IMG/VR virus record: IMGVR_UViG_3300033992_000526
DNA: 59,667 nucleotides
Origin: an uncultured virus (IMG/VR IMGVR_UViG_3300033992_000526)
Lineage: Duplodnaviria > Heunggongvirae > Uroviricota > Caudoviricetes
Reading direction: 5' to 3' (one strand)
The position numbers were made by a program, and so were the translations under genes. The notes under the pieces were generated by a model that had not been told where the DNA came from, ran no database searches, and saw only the letters and a list, made by a program, of their open reading frames with translations. This document shows, one piece after another, positions 19,755 to 30,238 of the stretch; positions within the stretch are counted from its first letter, which is position 1; the number at the start of each line of letters is the position of its first letter.

Positions 19755-20236
19755 TATTTTTTCTTTTTAAAGTATCTACGCTTAGGTTTATCTGTTTTTA
19801 AATTTAGAGGTTGGTGCTCAGTGTCTTTTAAACTCTTATCAAGTGCTGCATGAATTTCTTCAATAGTTGGACCTTCGTCATTTCTAGCAAGCTCACTATT
19901 AATTTCATTGGCAATATCTTCAAGAGGATTTGGTCCATCTACTGGCATCTTAATGCCTACTTTATTCAAGTATCGTTGATTCTTTAGGATATCAGTTTTA
20001 CTATTCCTAAACAAATTAATGGGACCTCTAGCATCAGGACTAATCTGATCGTAATCTCTAACTTCGTAAACGTCGTCAATTCCTGTTTTAAGTTCGATAA
20101 TGTATAGTTCACGATCGGAACTATGTCCTTCTTTTAAATGTACTAGGTCAATAATTTCCACCACTCTACCTTCTACAAGTTTACGTTCACCTAAATGAAT
20201 CCAAACTCTGTCTTTAATGTTATATTCTTTTTTCAT
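19754..20236 (-). CDS. Hypothetical protein (SH3/KOW-like N-terminus)
   Basis: YNIKDRVWIHLGERKLVEGRVVEII; packed ORF. Confidence 0.55.
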   Translation of the reverse strand: MKKEYNIKDRVWIHLGERKLVEGRVVEIIDLVHLKEGHSSDRELYIIELKTGIDDVYEVRDYDQISPDARGPINLFRNSKTDILKNQRYLNKVGIKMPVDGPNPLEDIANEINSELARNDEGPTIEEIHAALDKSLKDTEHQPLNLKTDKPKRRYFKKKK

Positions 20237-20589
20237 ACTATTAGTACTGCTACAATTACTAGGTAAACTAGTTGGTGGGCCATTTGGTCAAGTCCTAGAT
20301 GATTCCAGAACTGAGGAGTGGTGATGTCTCTATTGCCTTTATTCATTTTAGTCCAGTCAATATGATAATGCAATACGAAATCAATAAACCCCAATAAGAT
20401 TGCCCAACTTACTGGAGTGAATAAGAACAAGATAGCCGCAGTAGCAACTCCGTGTTTAAGACTATGCTTAACACCTAACCAATTAAGGTAAATTCCTTTG
20501 TGCTGTACTTCTTCAGTTGTTTGGTTAACAAAGTCGATGTACCAATGCTTGATCTGTAACAATGCCAATATGATTAATACTTCGATCAT
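20233..20589 (-). CDS. DUF3307-like membrane protein
   Basis: KHWYIDF.NQ, HSLKHG, HYHIDW.K, LGLDQMAH. Confidence 0.7.
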   Translation of the reverse strand: MIEVLIILALLQIKHWYIDFVNQTTEEVQHKGIYLNWLGVKHSLKHGVATAAILFLFTPVSWAILLGFIDFVLHYHIDWTKMNKGNRDITTPQFWNHLGLDQMAHQLVYLVIVAVLIV

Positions 20590-21590
20590 GAATTACTCGC
20601 TAGTTCTTTGTAAAGGTCACTTGAATACCATTGAATAGCATCTTCTATAATTTTTTTAGCACTACTCATTTTTGGCTCCCAATCGAGAATGCTTTTTGCC
20701 TTGGCAATGTCTGCATAATTCATAGGGATATCGCCGGGCCTTCTTGGCGTTATGTTAACAGTGATTGCTTGGTCTTTTTGGTCTTGGTATTCGATTAACA
20801 TCTCTAAGACACTCTTGCCGGACCCTGCACCTATGTTAACTGCATCAGTTTTTCCGCCTGCATCAAGATACTGCAATGCTTTTAAATGTGCATCTGCAAT
20901 GTCCCATATGTGAGTAAAGTCACGAACAGCACTACCATCCTTTGTAGGATAGTCTACTCCGTAAATATCAAACGCATCCTTTTTTCCGTCGTATACATTT
21001 TGTATGCTAGGAATCAAATGCGTGGGTCTGTTACGAAATTCTCCGATCGTACCATCCGGACTAGCACCGCTGGCATTAAAATATCGTAAGCTAACTGACC
21101 TAATATTATGTGCTATGTCTACATCTCGTAGCATACATTCAACAGCCCATTTACTTGAGCCGTAACTAGTAACTGGAGTTTTAGCATGATCTTCTTTAGT
21201 AGGAAGATTATTGATATTGACCTCTCCGTAGACACTACTTGTAGAACTAAAAATAACTTTGGTTACGTTATGTTTTGCACAGGCTCGCAACAACTCGGCT
21301 GTTCCGCCTACATTGTTTTGATAGTATCTTAATGGATCAGTAACACTCGCACCAACTTCGCTACTAGCGGCAAGGTGTATAACTGCATCAAATTGCCACT
21401 GTTCAAATAACAAGTCTAATGACCATTTGTTGTTTATGTCTCCGCAAACAGCAGGCCAATGGGGACTTGCCCACGGCCTTGCTTTGGCCTGCATGTCAAA
21501 TACAACAGGAAAATACCCATGCTCGAAAAGCATTTTTGCAACATGACTACCTACGTAGCCACTACCGCCAGTGACTAAAATAACTTTCAC
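20586..21590 (-). CDS. galE: UDP-glucose 4-epimerase
   Basis: TGGSGYVGSH, HLAA, FSSTSSVYG, YGSSK, LRYFNASGA, DGSAVRDFTHI. Confidence 0.92.
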   Translation of the reverse strand: MKVILVTGGSGYVGSHVAKMLFEHGYFPVVFDMQAKARPWASPHWPAVCGDINNKWSLDLLFEQWQFDAVIHLAASSEVGASVTDPLRYYQNNVGGTAELLRACAKHNVTKVIFSSTSSVYGEVNINNLPTKEDHAKTPVTSYGSSKWAVECMLRDVDIAHNIRSVSLRYFNASGASPDGTIGEFRNRPTHLIPSIQNVYDGKKDAFDIYGVDYPTKDGSAVRDFTHIWDIADAHLKALQYLDAGGKTDAVNIGAGSGKSVLEMLIEYQDQKDQAITVNITPRRPGDIPMNYADIAKAKSILDWEPKMSSAKKIIEDAIQWYSSDLYKELASNS

Positions 21591-21745
21591 TTTACGTTGG
21601 CTACCTTAGTTTCTAACAATTCTTTGATGAATTTCAAAGCCTTGCGGTCAGTATCGTATACAAACTCTTTTTCGTTGTTCTCGTCATCTCTGATTAGAAT
21701 AACAATACCGTTCTCGACTTTTCTCAATTCAATACTTTCGAACAT
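21587..21745 (-). CDS. Hypothetical 52-aa protein (absent from ORF track)
   Basis: Manual translation MFESIELRKVENGIVILIRDDENNEKEFVYDTDRKALKFIKELLETKVANVK; fills the gap, stop overlaps galE start. Confidence 0.65.
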   Translation of the reverse strand: MFESIELRKVENGIVILIRDDENNEKEFVYDTDRKALKFIKELLETKVANVK

Positions 21746-21757
21746 GGTGATCTTTCT

Positions 21758-22456
21758 TTATTTAGGCACACTTAGGTTATAGTTGAAGTGGAATATGCCG
21801 ATGTGGCTTATTTCACGACTCAACTCTTGATCACACCAAACTTCATAACCTGCCTTCTGTGCCTGTTGACAGAAATAGATATCTTCACCGATCTCAAGAT
21901 TGAGCTCAGGAATATATTCTTGCAAGTAGTGAGGTTGAGGGATTTTTTCATAAACTGAACGATGTACTAATACACATCCGTGCGGTAGGACATCAATCAA
22001 TTCCATTGGAGGGCTATCATCTCTAGTTTCAAATTCACGGAACTGACCATTAGACCCTAGCATACCTGTAAAGTTAGCATTAGGGAAACGGCGTCGACGA
22101 TAGTTTACCCCGACAATTGGTTTGTTTCTCTTGAGCAAACGAATAGGTGCATCAATAGGAAACTTCATATCTGAGTCAACCCACCAAATATAATCGAAGT
22201 CGCTCTTGAGAAAGATATCAGTTAAGTTACGGCGAGCAATAGTAATAACTGAACCAATGTTGAATGCACAGTTAATCTTAATTCCGTTGGCAACAAGATT
22301 AGCTGCCGCCATTGCTAAGTGCTGTGCAAATTCAGCATTGACCATTTCCATTGCTGGAACAGCGATCATAATGCTAGGTGCTCTACCTTGTTGTGCCGGT
22401 GCAGCCGCAGGTGCTGCCTGTGCCGGCTTAACATTGAACTTGGGTTTGTTTTTCAT
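21758..22456 (-). CDS. GT-A fold glycosyltransferase-like protein
   Basis: ARRNL, WVDSDM (DxD), HGCVLVHRSV, GEDIYFC, SHIG. Confidence 0.75.
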   Translation of the reverse strand: MKNKPKFNVKPAQAAPAAAPAQQGRAPSIMIAVPAMEMVNAEFAQHLAMAAANLVANGIKINCAFNIGSVITIARRNLTDIFLKSDFDYIWWVDSDMKFPIDAPIRLLKRNKPIVGVNYRRRRFPNANFTGMLGSNGQFREFETRDDSPPMELIDVLPHGCVLVHRSVYEKIPQPHYLQEYIPELNLEIGEDIYFCQQAQKAGYEVWCDQELSREISHIGIFHFNYNLSVPK

Positions 22457-22517
22457 GGGATCCTTTGTTTTATTCTTTTAATTATCTAAGATCAAGCACC
22501 TGCTATTACGTTCTTGA

Positions 22518-23114
22518 TTATCGACGTGCTTGATCTAAAACTTCAGTAGCAGTTTGATCTAGCGTTTTGCCGCCAACCCTACCTTCAAGTTTTACCTGCT
22601 TGTTTTGATCATAAGTAGCTGCCATGGCCTTAACATCTTGTTGACTAATTTTTAGCATAACAAATACTCTGAAGTTATTTGCTTCTGGATTAAAGATGAC
22701 CATCTTCTTTTCAACGCCGTAAGTACGTACTACACTTTCGGCGATCAAATTTACAATTACATCTTGGCTCTGAGCCCGACCTGATGGACGATCTGGGGAA
22801 CCGGATTCGTCGTATCGAATAATTGTACGATTATTCATTTCACCGTTAACTCGATCTGCAATTTTTGCTTTTGCCTTAAGTGTAGCTTTCTTCATGGCCA
22901 TTTCCATTGAAGGACTTACATCTTCGGCTACTGCATAATACATACCGTTTTGATCCCACGGCTTATACCATGCTTTCATTTCCGATCCTACATCAACATG
23001 ATCGATATACCAAGTAGGTACAGTCTTTTTCTCTAAATTCTCAGTCCTCAGTTCTGTCATAGACGAACATGCAGACAACGCTAGTACTGCTAGAACAATT
23101 GAAATACGCTTCAT
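22518..23114 (-). CDS. Lipoprotein (LPP20-like)
   Basis: Lipobox LSAC; VPTWY; MAMKKATLKAKAKIA. Confidence 0.65.
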   Translation of the reverse strand: MKRISIVLAVLALSACSSMTELRTENLEKKTVPTWYIDHVDVGSEMKAWYKPWDQNGMYYAVAEDVSPSMEMAMKKATLKAKAKIADRVNGEMNNRTIIRYDESGSPDRPSGRAQSQDVIVNLIAESVVRTYGVEKKMVIFNPEANNFRVFVMLKISQQDVKAMAATYDQNKQVKLEGRVGGKTLDQTATEVLDQARR

Positions 23115-23239
23115 TTTACATTCTCCTGAATGATAATTTTAGTTTGATCGACACCTCTGTCGATAATTTTTGCAATGCCAGATGCTCCAGCAGTGGCTAG
23201 GATAATTCCAAAGATTGTTCCTACAATAAAGTTTGTCAT
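23111..23239 (-). CDS. Small membrane protein (42 aa, absent from ORF track)
   Basis: Manual translation MTNFIVGTIFGIILATAGASGIAKIIDRGVDQTKIIIQENVK. Confidence 0.6.
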   Translation of the reverse strand: MTNFIVGTIFGIILATAGASGIAKIIDRGVDQTKIIIQENVK

Positions 23240-23259
23240 AACTACTCTTTCTGTGTGTG

Positions 23260-23838
23260 TTAAAATTTATCAACTATGATCCATTTTGTAGGACCATATC
23301 TGCAAACAATTCCTTGAAACTGTGTAATGTCCTTGCCATTCCAGCCAGTTTCGAGATACCATCTACATTCTTCTCCGTTGTGGTAAAATGCATTGGGATA
23401 ATTTATATGGGCTCGTAATCTACGAACATCATCTATAATTGTTCCAATCTTAGGATTTAAAAGAGGTCTATCTTTTTCTTCCTGCTCTTTACAAACTACG
23501 AACGTCTCACTTGTTATTGTACTTGAATATAAGCCTGTGAGCAAATTTTTCTTTGCCAATTCAGTTGCGGCACCACAGGCTTTGGCATGACTATAGTCAC
23601 CTGACCAAATAAATTCACCTTTACCTTGATGCCACTTCCCGCCAGTATAGCCCTCTAGACTAGCTGTGCATTTGTATTGTCCTTTGCCAAACGGATTAAC
23701 TTCGGCTACTACATTTTTAATTTCATGTATCCGTCCGATTTCTTTTGATGTTGTTCGCTCTTTCATAATGCAATCTTGTGCGATCGCAGAATTAGTAAAG
23801 AGTACAGCAGTTAGTAAGATTTGTGTCGAAAGTTGCAT
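23260..23838 (-). CDS. Secreted Cys-containing hypothetical protein
   Basis: Signal peptide (SAIA-QD), paired cysteines. Confidence 0.6.
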   Translation of the reverse strand: MQLSTQILLTAVLFTNSAIAQDCIMKERTTSKEIGRIHEIKNVVAEVNPFGKGQYKCTASLEGYTGGKWHQGKGEFIWSGDYSHAKACGAATELAKKNLLTGLYSSTITSETFVVCKEQEEKDRPLLNPKIGTIIDDVRRLRAHINYPNAFYHNGEECRWYLETGWNGKDITQFQGIVCRYGPTKWIIVDKF

Positions 23839-24167
23839 CTGTAGTAAATCTCATCAATGTTTGCGTCAATCAAATAATCTATACGACCGTTTGCAATCTC
23901 TTTGTTTTTGGCAAACTCTTTAGAAAACCCACCCCAAGAGGTTACCTCAAGATAAGCGTCTCGACGCTCATGTAGAGTTGGCCGAATACTGCGTAACCAT
24001 TCAACCTGTTCTTTGGCAATGGTGCAATCTGGTTTAAAACTACCTAGAGTATGCGACGACGGCAGAATACGTTGCGTAGTGCTTGCACACCCTACTAGAC
24101 TAGCGGCCGTTGCAATCAGTACGAATTTGCCAAATTTTGTGCTTAATAGCGTTAATGCTGGCACCAT
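23811..24167 (-). CDS. Putative lipoprotein
   Basis: Lipobox LVGC; start uncertain. Confidence 0.55.
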   Translation of the reverse strand: MVPALTLLSTKFGKFVLIATAASLVGCASTTQRILPSSHTLGSFKPDCTIAKEQVEWLRSIRPTLHERRDAYLEVTSWGGFSKEFAKNKEIANGRIDYLIDANIDEIYYRCNFRHKSY

Positions 24168-24342
24168 TTGTTTTTGCATCTTTCTCTGCAAATTGCAGTT
24201 GTTCAGTTAACCATCCGTTGATTCGATTTTTATTCCAGCAATCAATTGGAATATTGCTAACTTCCGTAGGAGTTAGAATTCTATAGCTGGTAGTAGAACA
24301 GCCAGCTAACAAAATGATCACTAAAGAAAAAACCTTAAACAT
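24100..24342 (-). CDS. Putative lipoprotein
   Basis: MFKVFSLVIILLAGC lipobox just downstream of a promoter. Confidence 0.6.
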   Translation of the reverse strand: MFKVFSLVIILLAGCSTTSYRILTPTEVSNIPIDCWNKNRINGWLTEQLQFAEKDAKTNGASINAIKHKIWQIRTDCNGR

Positions 24343-24348
24343 GTGTAT

Positions 24349-24377
24349 ATAATACAGCACATTTAAGGTTTTGTCAA
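24349..24377 (-). promoter_or_regulatory. Sigma70-type promoter
   Basis: TTGACA-N17-TATTAT. Confidence 0.65.
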
Positions 24378-24393
24378 GTATCGACTTTACCAA

Positions 24394-25119
24394 TTATCTG
24401 TTTAAGCGATCTAAACTTTTATAAACTTTTTTGATTAATTTACGTAAAACTGGATGATTTACATCTTTGGAAAATGCGTTAACATATGCCCAAAGATTAA
24501 TACTGTCTTCAATTGCAATGTCTTTAACTTTGTTTAATTTTTCAATTACTTGTGGATAACTATTTCTATCTAACAATTCGTTGGCAATGTTATATGCATA
24601 GGCATTAATCTCATCTGGGCTACTTAGGTACCAGCGATTTTCTTCTGCTTCGTCGTATTCGTCATCGCCTTCTTCGTAGGCTGTTTCAAAGTCCCATTTT
24701 TCAACTTCTAAGAAATCTCTTGCACGGAATTGCTGCATATGGATAACTTCATGACTTAAGGTATCTGCAATTTTTCTTGTGATAATATCGAATTGAGTTT
24801 CGTCAATTAACATGACGTCCTGCATTGGGTTAGTAACTAGGTATATCTCAATAGCAACATCGCCGGCTTCATCTAAGCCGCCATCGTAGTATCCATTGAG
24901 TTCAATGTCATTTTGATCCACTTGGGTAGCTTCTGCATGTTTAACATCGATATTAAAACGCTTTCCAATGAATACTCCGAGGTCTTGAATTAGTTCATCA
25001 ACTGCATAAAATTGGTTAACTATTGTAGGTTTAATATCATTAAATATTTCAAGGACTTCTTTTCTTGTTGGGACTACTACTTTTTTATCTAACTTTGGGC
25101 AGCAGTTGAATTTTTTCAT
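24394..25119 (-). CDS. HExxH zinc-metallopeptidase-like protein
   Basis: ADTLSHEVIHMQQFR and YLSSPDEINAYA; paralog of 25134-25871. Confidence 0.6.
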   Translation of the reverse strand: MKKFNCCPKLDKKVVVPTRKEVLEIFNDIKPTIVNQFYAVDELIQDLGVFIGKRFNIDVKHAEATQVDQNDIELNGYYDGGLDEAGDVAIEIYLVTNPMQDVMLIDETQFDIITRKIADTLSHEVIHMQQFRARDFLEVEKWDFETAYEEGDDEYDEAEENRWYLSSPDEINAYAYNIANELLDRNSYPQVIEKLNKVKDIAIEDSINLWAYVNAFSKDVNHPVLRKLIKKVYKSLDRLNR

Positions 25120-25133
25120 TTTTGTTCTTTTAC

Positions 25134-25871
25134 TCACTTTTTTAACCAATCAGATGTTTTATAAGGCTTTGCTATTTCCTGGGCATTAGGAATATAATTC
25201 ATTACCTTCTTTTTTAATTTACGGATTACTCTGTGACTGTGATTGTGATCAAATGTATCTAGATACATTCTGAAGCCGTCCTTTTTTAATCTCCTATCAC
25301 GGAGATCAGTGTTTAGATAATTTACTATAGATGTTTTATCTTCCCCAAATCTGTCAAGCAGCTGACACGCGATGTTAAAGCTGTATGCATCAATCTCGTC
25401 CCCATTTCCTAGATACACTTGTTCGTTGCGTTTTCTTGCCAAATTAGCAGAACTTTCATATCCGGGAATGTCTTTATAACCTCGTCTACGATATTGTCGC
25501 ATATGAATAACTTCGTGCATTACTGTGTCTGCTATTGCTATACAGACTCTGCGAAATAAATTTTTATTTGCTTTGATAATTACGTCGGAGGAATGATATT
25601 GGATACAAAGCGTGATGGACGTTTTGCCCTCTTGATCTAACACACTGTCGTATAATCCACCTACCCATACAGAATTTTTTTCTGTTTTAGTATTGTAGCA
25701 GGATCTAACCTTGACAGGTATTTTAAAAAATCTTAAGATTTCTCGTAGTTTGTTAGAAAAGCTAGTCGGAGATAAGGATTTATCCACAACATTGTAGCTT
25801 ATAAAATTTACCATTTCTGTTATTAGATTTCTATCTAACGCAGACCAATCAAAAGTAGCAGCTTTAGTCAT
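25134..25871 (-). CDS. HExxH zinc-metallopeptidase-like protein
   Basis: ADTVMHEVIHMRQYR and YLGNGDEIDAYS. Confidence 0.6.
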   Translation of the reverse strand: MTKAATFDWSALDRNLITEMVNFISYNVVDKSLSPTSFSNKLREILRFFKIPVKVRSCYNTKTEKNSVWVGGLYDSVLDQEGKTSITLCIQYHSSDVIIKANKNLFRRVCIAIADTVMHEVIHMRQYRRRGYKDIPGYESSANLARKRNEQVYLGNGDEIDAYSFNIACQLLDRFGEDKTSIVNYLNTDLRDRRLKKDGFRMYLDTFDHNHSHRVIRKLKKKVMNYIPNAQEIAKPYKTSDWLKK

Positions 25872-25932
25872 AAACCCCTCAGCTATTTTACATAATTATT
25901 CGTAAATCAGTCCACGTTATCAGGGTAGTTAA

Positions 25933-26871
25933 TTAAGATAAAATGTTAACCCACTTGTCAATAACGTGCTTCCAATCGTAACTTTTAGCATGTTCTTGAA
26001 TTTCCAAGCATCGTTGTCTGTACTTGTTAGGGTTATCTTTATAATAACTTAAAATTTCCACAGTTTTTTCTAAGAATTCGTCTTCTGCTACAGGCACAGC
26101 ATATCCGCCTGCATCACCAATTCTCTGAGCCCAGTGTCCAACATTAGTACCAATTACCAGCTTGCCCGCTGCACCGCCTTCCATAACAGGTAGTCCGGCA
26201 CCTTCTTCTGTACTGGCTGCAATAACAGCATCTATGCCTTTGTAGAATCCTGGCATAGTGATAAAACTATTATGGTATTGTTGGGCAACTCTAAATTCTA
26301 ATCCGGCACGTTTCACTGCTTCTTCGACTAACCAACCACGTTTATGATACTTAGGTTGTGCTAAGTCACTCGCAACCATATCCTGTGCAAATTCTTCTTT
26401 TCTGTGGAAGCTGCCTGTATATCCTACAACTTTTAAATTATCGTTAGGTGTACTGTAGAAGGTATTGTAATTGATTGCTACTGGCGTTAGTTCAGCCGGG
26501 CGTTCGATACCTAGCTCTTTGCTAAGATCAACTAGCCATTGACTGACACAACCGTATCTACGGAACCGTTTAAAATCCTCATATCCGTGATGATGAATAA
26601 GTTCAGTCATGTCTAATTTAGCGTGACTTATAATAACACATTGTTCAGGTGCAACAGTTCCGTAATTATATCCTAAGAATCTCCATCCGTGCGGGGTAGT
26701 TACAAAAATATCAGTTGTGGAATTTAATTCCAACATTTCTTCTCGAGTGTAACTTTTATTCCAGGGTAACAGATGACAGTTAAATCCGTGTCCCCATAGA
26801 TATTTGAACAGCTCGTAATGCACTGTGCCGAATGCCCAATTGGGCTCAAAGTAAAAAACTACTCTTTTCAT
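25933..26871 (-). CDS. GT-B (family 4-like) glycosyltransferase
   Basis: [27 protein letters not shown]. Confidence 0.8.
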   Translation of the reverse strand: MKRVVFYFEPNWAFGTVHYELFKYLWGHGFNCHLLPWNKSYTREEMLELNSTTDIFVTTPHGWRFLGYNYGTVAPEQCVIISHAKLDMTELIHHHGYEDFKRFRRYGCVSQWLVDLSKELGIERPAELTPVAINYNTFYSTPNDNLKVVGYTGSFHRKEEFAQDMVASDLAQPKYHKRGWLVEEAVKRAGLEFRVAQQYHNSFITMPGFYKGIDAVIAASTEEGAGLPVMEGGAAGKLVIGTNVGHWAQRIGDAGGYAVPVAEDEFLEKTVEILSYYKDNPNKYRQRCLEIQEHAKSYDWKHVIDKWVNILS

Positions 26872-28025
26872 TTCTTGTCCATTGGTGGATAGTACTTACG
26901 CAACCAATCAAGGTTTTCTCTTTCTGGGTGATCCTGGTACCATCCTTTGCCGCTATGCACATCATACACCATCTGGAAGTATTCTTCATACATCGGTGCT
27001 ACTCGTTCTAGGCTAAAGTTCTCACCAAACGCACGACATGCAGCCGGATCGATCTTATCAATGTTTTCAGCGGCCCAAACAAACTGATCAAATGTTCTGC
27101 AACGATATCCAGTGACACCGTGTACATTGTTCTCTGTAAATGATCCCCAATCTGTTGTGATAGTAGGAGTACCACTCAACAACATCTCTACTTGCACACC
27201 ACCAAACGGTTCGGTATATAGACTAGGAACAAATGCTCCTTTGGCACGGCTCATTAATTTCTTACGAGTTTCAACATCTGCATACCCTACAAATTCTACG
27301 TGGCTTGGAGTTTCTGCGTAACCCATTGATGCCAGGTTATTCTGACCAGCCATGATTAATTTTGCACCAATCTTTCTAGTCACTTCAATGGCAAGGTGTG
27401 CTCCTTTGCCTTCATATACTCGACCCAAGAACAGGAAGTAATCTTCTTTCTTTTCCGGCTCATAGGTAAAGTCTTCTAGGTCAAAGTAGTTAGGAACAAC
27501 ACCGTGATACCAATCTTGATTACATGTACCCACACTTTGTAATCCAAAGAAGGCGTGCATAATAGCATAGCTTTCAAAGATCTTCCAACGTGCCCAATGA
27601 CCTCCTGCGTAGCCAATACCCGGCTCAACAACAATTAGGTCGTTGTGTGCATCACATACTGCACGAACACCAGATCCCCAGAATGGTAAGATAAAATCTT
27701 TAGGTTGTTTGCGTAGTCCAATTTCTCGGATAGCATTTGCATAGAATGTTTGATATGCATGATCGCCTGTATCAAACTTAAAGAAGTTTTTACGCCAGTC
27801 ATAGCTGCCGTAAGCAATTTCTAAGTCTTTGTTTGTAGTGACCGTAACATGCTCGTCGCATACTAGGTCGCTGTCTTCATGTCCGTAGTGGATAACATAA
27901 TGCCCACGCTCTTTCATCATCTTGCCGAATTTAACGACTTTCTGAGTATAAGCACAGGCATTATATTCTTTACTGGATACTGTGTGGGGCAAGCCCAATA
28001 TGTGGAATCTGAATTTTTGGCTCAT
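26868..28025 (-). CDS. GT-B (family 4) glycosyltransferase
   Basis: [39 protein letters not shown]. Confidence 0.85.
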   Translation of the reverse strand: MSQKFRFHILGLPHTVSSKEYNACAYTQKVVKFGKMMKERGHYVIHYGHEDSDLVCDEHVTVTTNKDLEIAYGSYDWRKNFFKFDTGDHAYQTFYANAIREIGLRKQPKDFILPFWGSGVRAVCDAHNDLIVVEPGIGYAGGHWARWKIFESYAIMHAFFGLQSVGTCNQDWYHGVVPNYFDLEDFTYEPEKKEDYFLFLGRVYEGKGAHLAIEVTRKIGAKLIMAGQNNLASMGYAETPSHVEFVGYADVETRKKLMSRAKGAFVPSLYTEPFGGVQVEMLLSGTPTITTDWGSFTENNVHGVTGYRCRTFDQFVWAAENIDKIDPAACRAFGENFSLERVAPMYEEYFQMVYDVHSGKGWYQDHPERENLDWLRKYYPPMDKK

Positions 28026-28037
28026 AATTTAATTAGT

Positions 28038-28113
28038 TGGTGCTGCCTGTCGGAATCGAACTGACGACCTTCGGATTACAAAACCGGTGCTCTACCAACT
28101 GAGCTAAGGCAGC
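28038..28113 (-). tRNA. tRNA-Thr(UGU)
   Basis: GCTGCCT acceptor, GCTC-AGTTGGTA-GAGC D arm, loop TT-TGT-AA, TTCGA T loop, encoded CCA; two mismatches in anticodon stem. Confidence 0.85.
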
Positions 28114-28161
28114 AATGTTTTATTTAAGTAGCTACTATATTAGCGTTATTAGATCTGAATG

Positions 28162-28800
28162 TCAAGTTTCTCTGATCTCTTTGAGCTTACTCCAGTATTG
28201 AACAGTGAATCTATCGTACTCTGGATTTTTATCTTTTTTCACTACAGGAGTTACACAGTGGTAGACTCTGCTAGGAAAGATGACTAATCTATTATTTTTA
28301 AATTGAATAGTTTTAAGAGGTTGTTTAGTTTCCCAATCGCCGAACACAAAATCCCCACCTGTAAATTTAGATGGGTCTTTAGCAAACATATAGTTCATTG
28401 TAGCAGTGGGATTATAATCTCTATGCCAACTGTAATGATCTTCGTGGGTATATTTGCTCATTAGCATCTGACTAGAATCAGTATATAACATACTAGTAAA
28501 GAGAGAATCATTTGCTTCAAGTAATATCTGCTTAACTTCGTTGGACCAAATTCTCTGTTCAAGGTAAGTTGAAATTTGAAAATTGTTTGGTCGGGCAGCG
28601 TATTGCTGGAACAGCCACATATTCTTACTGCTCTTCGAGCCGGGACTAATAACAATGCCTTGATTACTGTTGACCTTGCTAGTAATCATTCCAGGAATTA
28701 ATCTACAAGCTTCGTTGATAATCTGCAAATTGTACACCCATGGTACAAAATCATCTATCACAATGTGGACAAATGGTTCTTTAAAAATTTCGTACTTCAT
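28162..28800 (-). CDS. 2OG-Fe(II) oxygenase (prolyl 4-hydroxylase-like)
   Basis: YSWHRD, FTGGDF, NRLVIFPS..YHCVTPV, RFT. Confidence 0.85.
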   Translation of the reverse strand: MKYEIFKEPFVHIVIDDFVPWVYNLQIINEACRLIPGMITSKVNSNQGIVISPGSKSSKNMWLFQQYAARPNNFQISTYLEQRIWSNEVKQILLEANDSLFTSMLYTDSSQMLMSKYTHEDHYSWHRDYNPTATMNYMFAKDPSKFTGGDFVFGDWETKQPLKTIQFKNNRLVIFPSRVYHCVTPVVKKDKNPEYDRFTVQYWSKLKEIRET

Positions 28801-29528
28801 TTAGGATACATGTATAACCAGATCATTGTGCTAGGCCTTGCTTCCACACATAGCAACATTTTATCATAATCATCTAAATCGTCAATTAACGGCATATAGG
28901 GATTTTTATTTCCTTGCCTAATCAGTTTAATATTGTGTGTTTCTGCAAATCGTGCAACTAACTTATCAGTTAGGCCAGGCCTATTACAGTCATGACTTTC
29001 AACCATTACTGCGGTCTTGGTTAGTTCTGGCATCACATTGAGGTCAAGTATTTCTTCTTCTGCACCTTCGCAATCCATAAAGATAAACGGATTATTAGCC
29101 GAAGCAAGGAATGATCTATAGTTGTCTATAGTGCAGTCTGTACTGAATAGAATTTTGTTTACACCGTTGGCGGCAGCATTTTCTCTTGCAATGTCCACAG
29201 CAGTTTTGTTTACATCAAACACTATGGTTTTTGTCTGTGTTCTTTTTGCCAAACCAATACCATAGTAACCTTCAGCACATCCTATGTTTAAGATTAGGTC
29301 GTGCGGTTGATTAATAACTCGTTCAATGTCTTCAAATAGTTCACATTCATATAACCCTAGTAATTTGCTAGCACAGTCGCCATCGCCCCAGCTAAACTTG
29401 TGCAAAATTTTCATTGCTTGAAATGGACCTCGATGTACGAATCCCTGTGTTCGTTGATACACTAATTCTGTAAGTTCTGCTCTACGTGCCCATGAGGCTT
29501 TGATATAGTTGTTTTTAACTTCTGACAT
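28797..29528 (-). CDS. SAM-dependent methyltransferase (FkbM-like)
   Basis: LNIGCAEGYYG, FMDCEGAE, VESH. Confidence 0.75.
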   Translation of the reverse strand: MSEVKNNYIKASWARRAELTELVYQRTQGFVHRGPFQAMKILHKFSWGDGDCASKLLGLYECELFEDIERVINQPHDLILNIGCAEGYYGIGLAKRTQTKTIVFDVNKTAVDIARENAAANGVNKILFSTDCTIDNYRSFLASANNPFIFMDCEGAEEEILDLNVMPELTKTAVMVESHDCNRPGLTDKLVARFAETHNIKLIRQGNKNPYMPLIDDLDDYDKMLLCVEARPSTMIWLYMYPK

Positions 29529-29529
29529 T

Positions 29530-30225
29530 TTAAGAATTCTTTTTTATTAGGTTAATTAGTTCGGGTGCTAAGATACTGTCAAAGTCTAGGCCTATGTTCA
29601 TTCGAATACCAGTGCTAAACTTATGTACACTATGCCACTCGAGATGATTGAACACATACCAATACCCTGGCTCTATTTGGGCACTGACCACATGTTCGAT
29701 TTTATCTAAGTCTGGTATTCTAGTAGTGTGAATAATCTCGAATGGCTCTTTTTCTCGATACCATCTAGTCTCTTCTCCGTTACCTTCGAGTAGCATAAAC
29801 AGAGAACTTTTTCTTTTATGACCTTTATGGGGCGGCAGGATTTCTCCTCCGTGGCTAATTTGGAATATAGGAACTGGCTCGCCGGGAGTGGGTTCTTTTA
29901 AAAAGTCCGGAGTTAGTGAAAGGAATTCAGAAGTATCATGTTCTGTAAGAAAATATTGAGTAAAGTTAATAACATTACTTTCTGTAAAGTATTCCTTGAT
30001 TTGCCTGCCTCGTCGAATCAATTCTCTTGAATCTTCAATTCCTATTAAATTAAAAGTATCTCTTGGGTTATTTCTAGGGTCGTTGTAGTTATTTCTAAAA
30101 ACAAGATTGTCTATGCTAAGTTTAACTTGACCTAACAGATCCTGACAAAAATCATCTGCAAATTTTAAATTTGTTTTGTATATGTATTTGTCAGCATCAA
30201 CACCTGATATTATAGTTTTAATCAT
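29530..30225 (-). CDS. Cupin/2OG-oxygenase-like protein
   Basis: LPPHKGH...WYVFNHLEWHSVH...R. Confidence 0.55.
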   Translation of the reverse strand: MIKTIISGVDADKYIYKTNLKFADDFCQDLLGQVKLSIDNLVFRNNYNDPRNNPRDTFNLIGIEDSRELIRRGRQIKEYFTESNVINFTQYFLTEHDTSEFLSLTPDFLKEPTPGEPVPIFQISHGGEILPPHKGHKRKSSLFMLLEGNGEETRWYREKEPFEIIHTTRIPDLDKIEHVVSAQIEPGYWYVFNHLEWHSVHKFSTGIRMNIGLDFDSILAPELINLIKKNS

Positions 30226-30238
30226 ACTTTACTAAATT

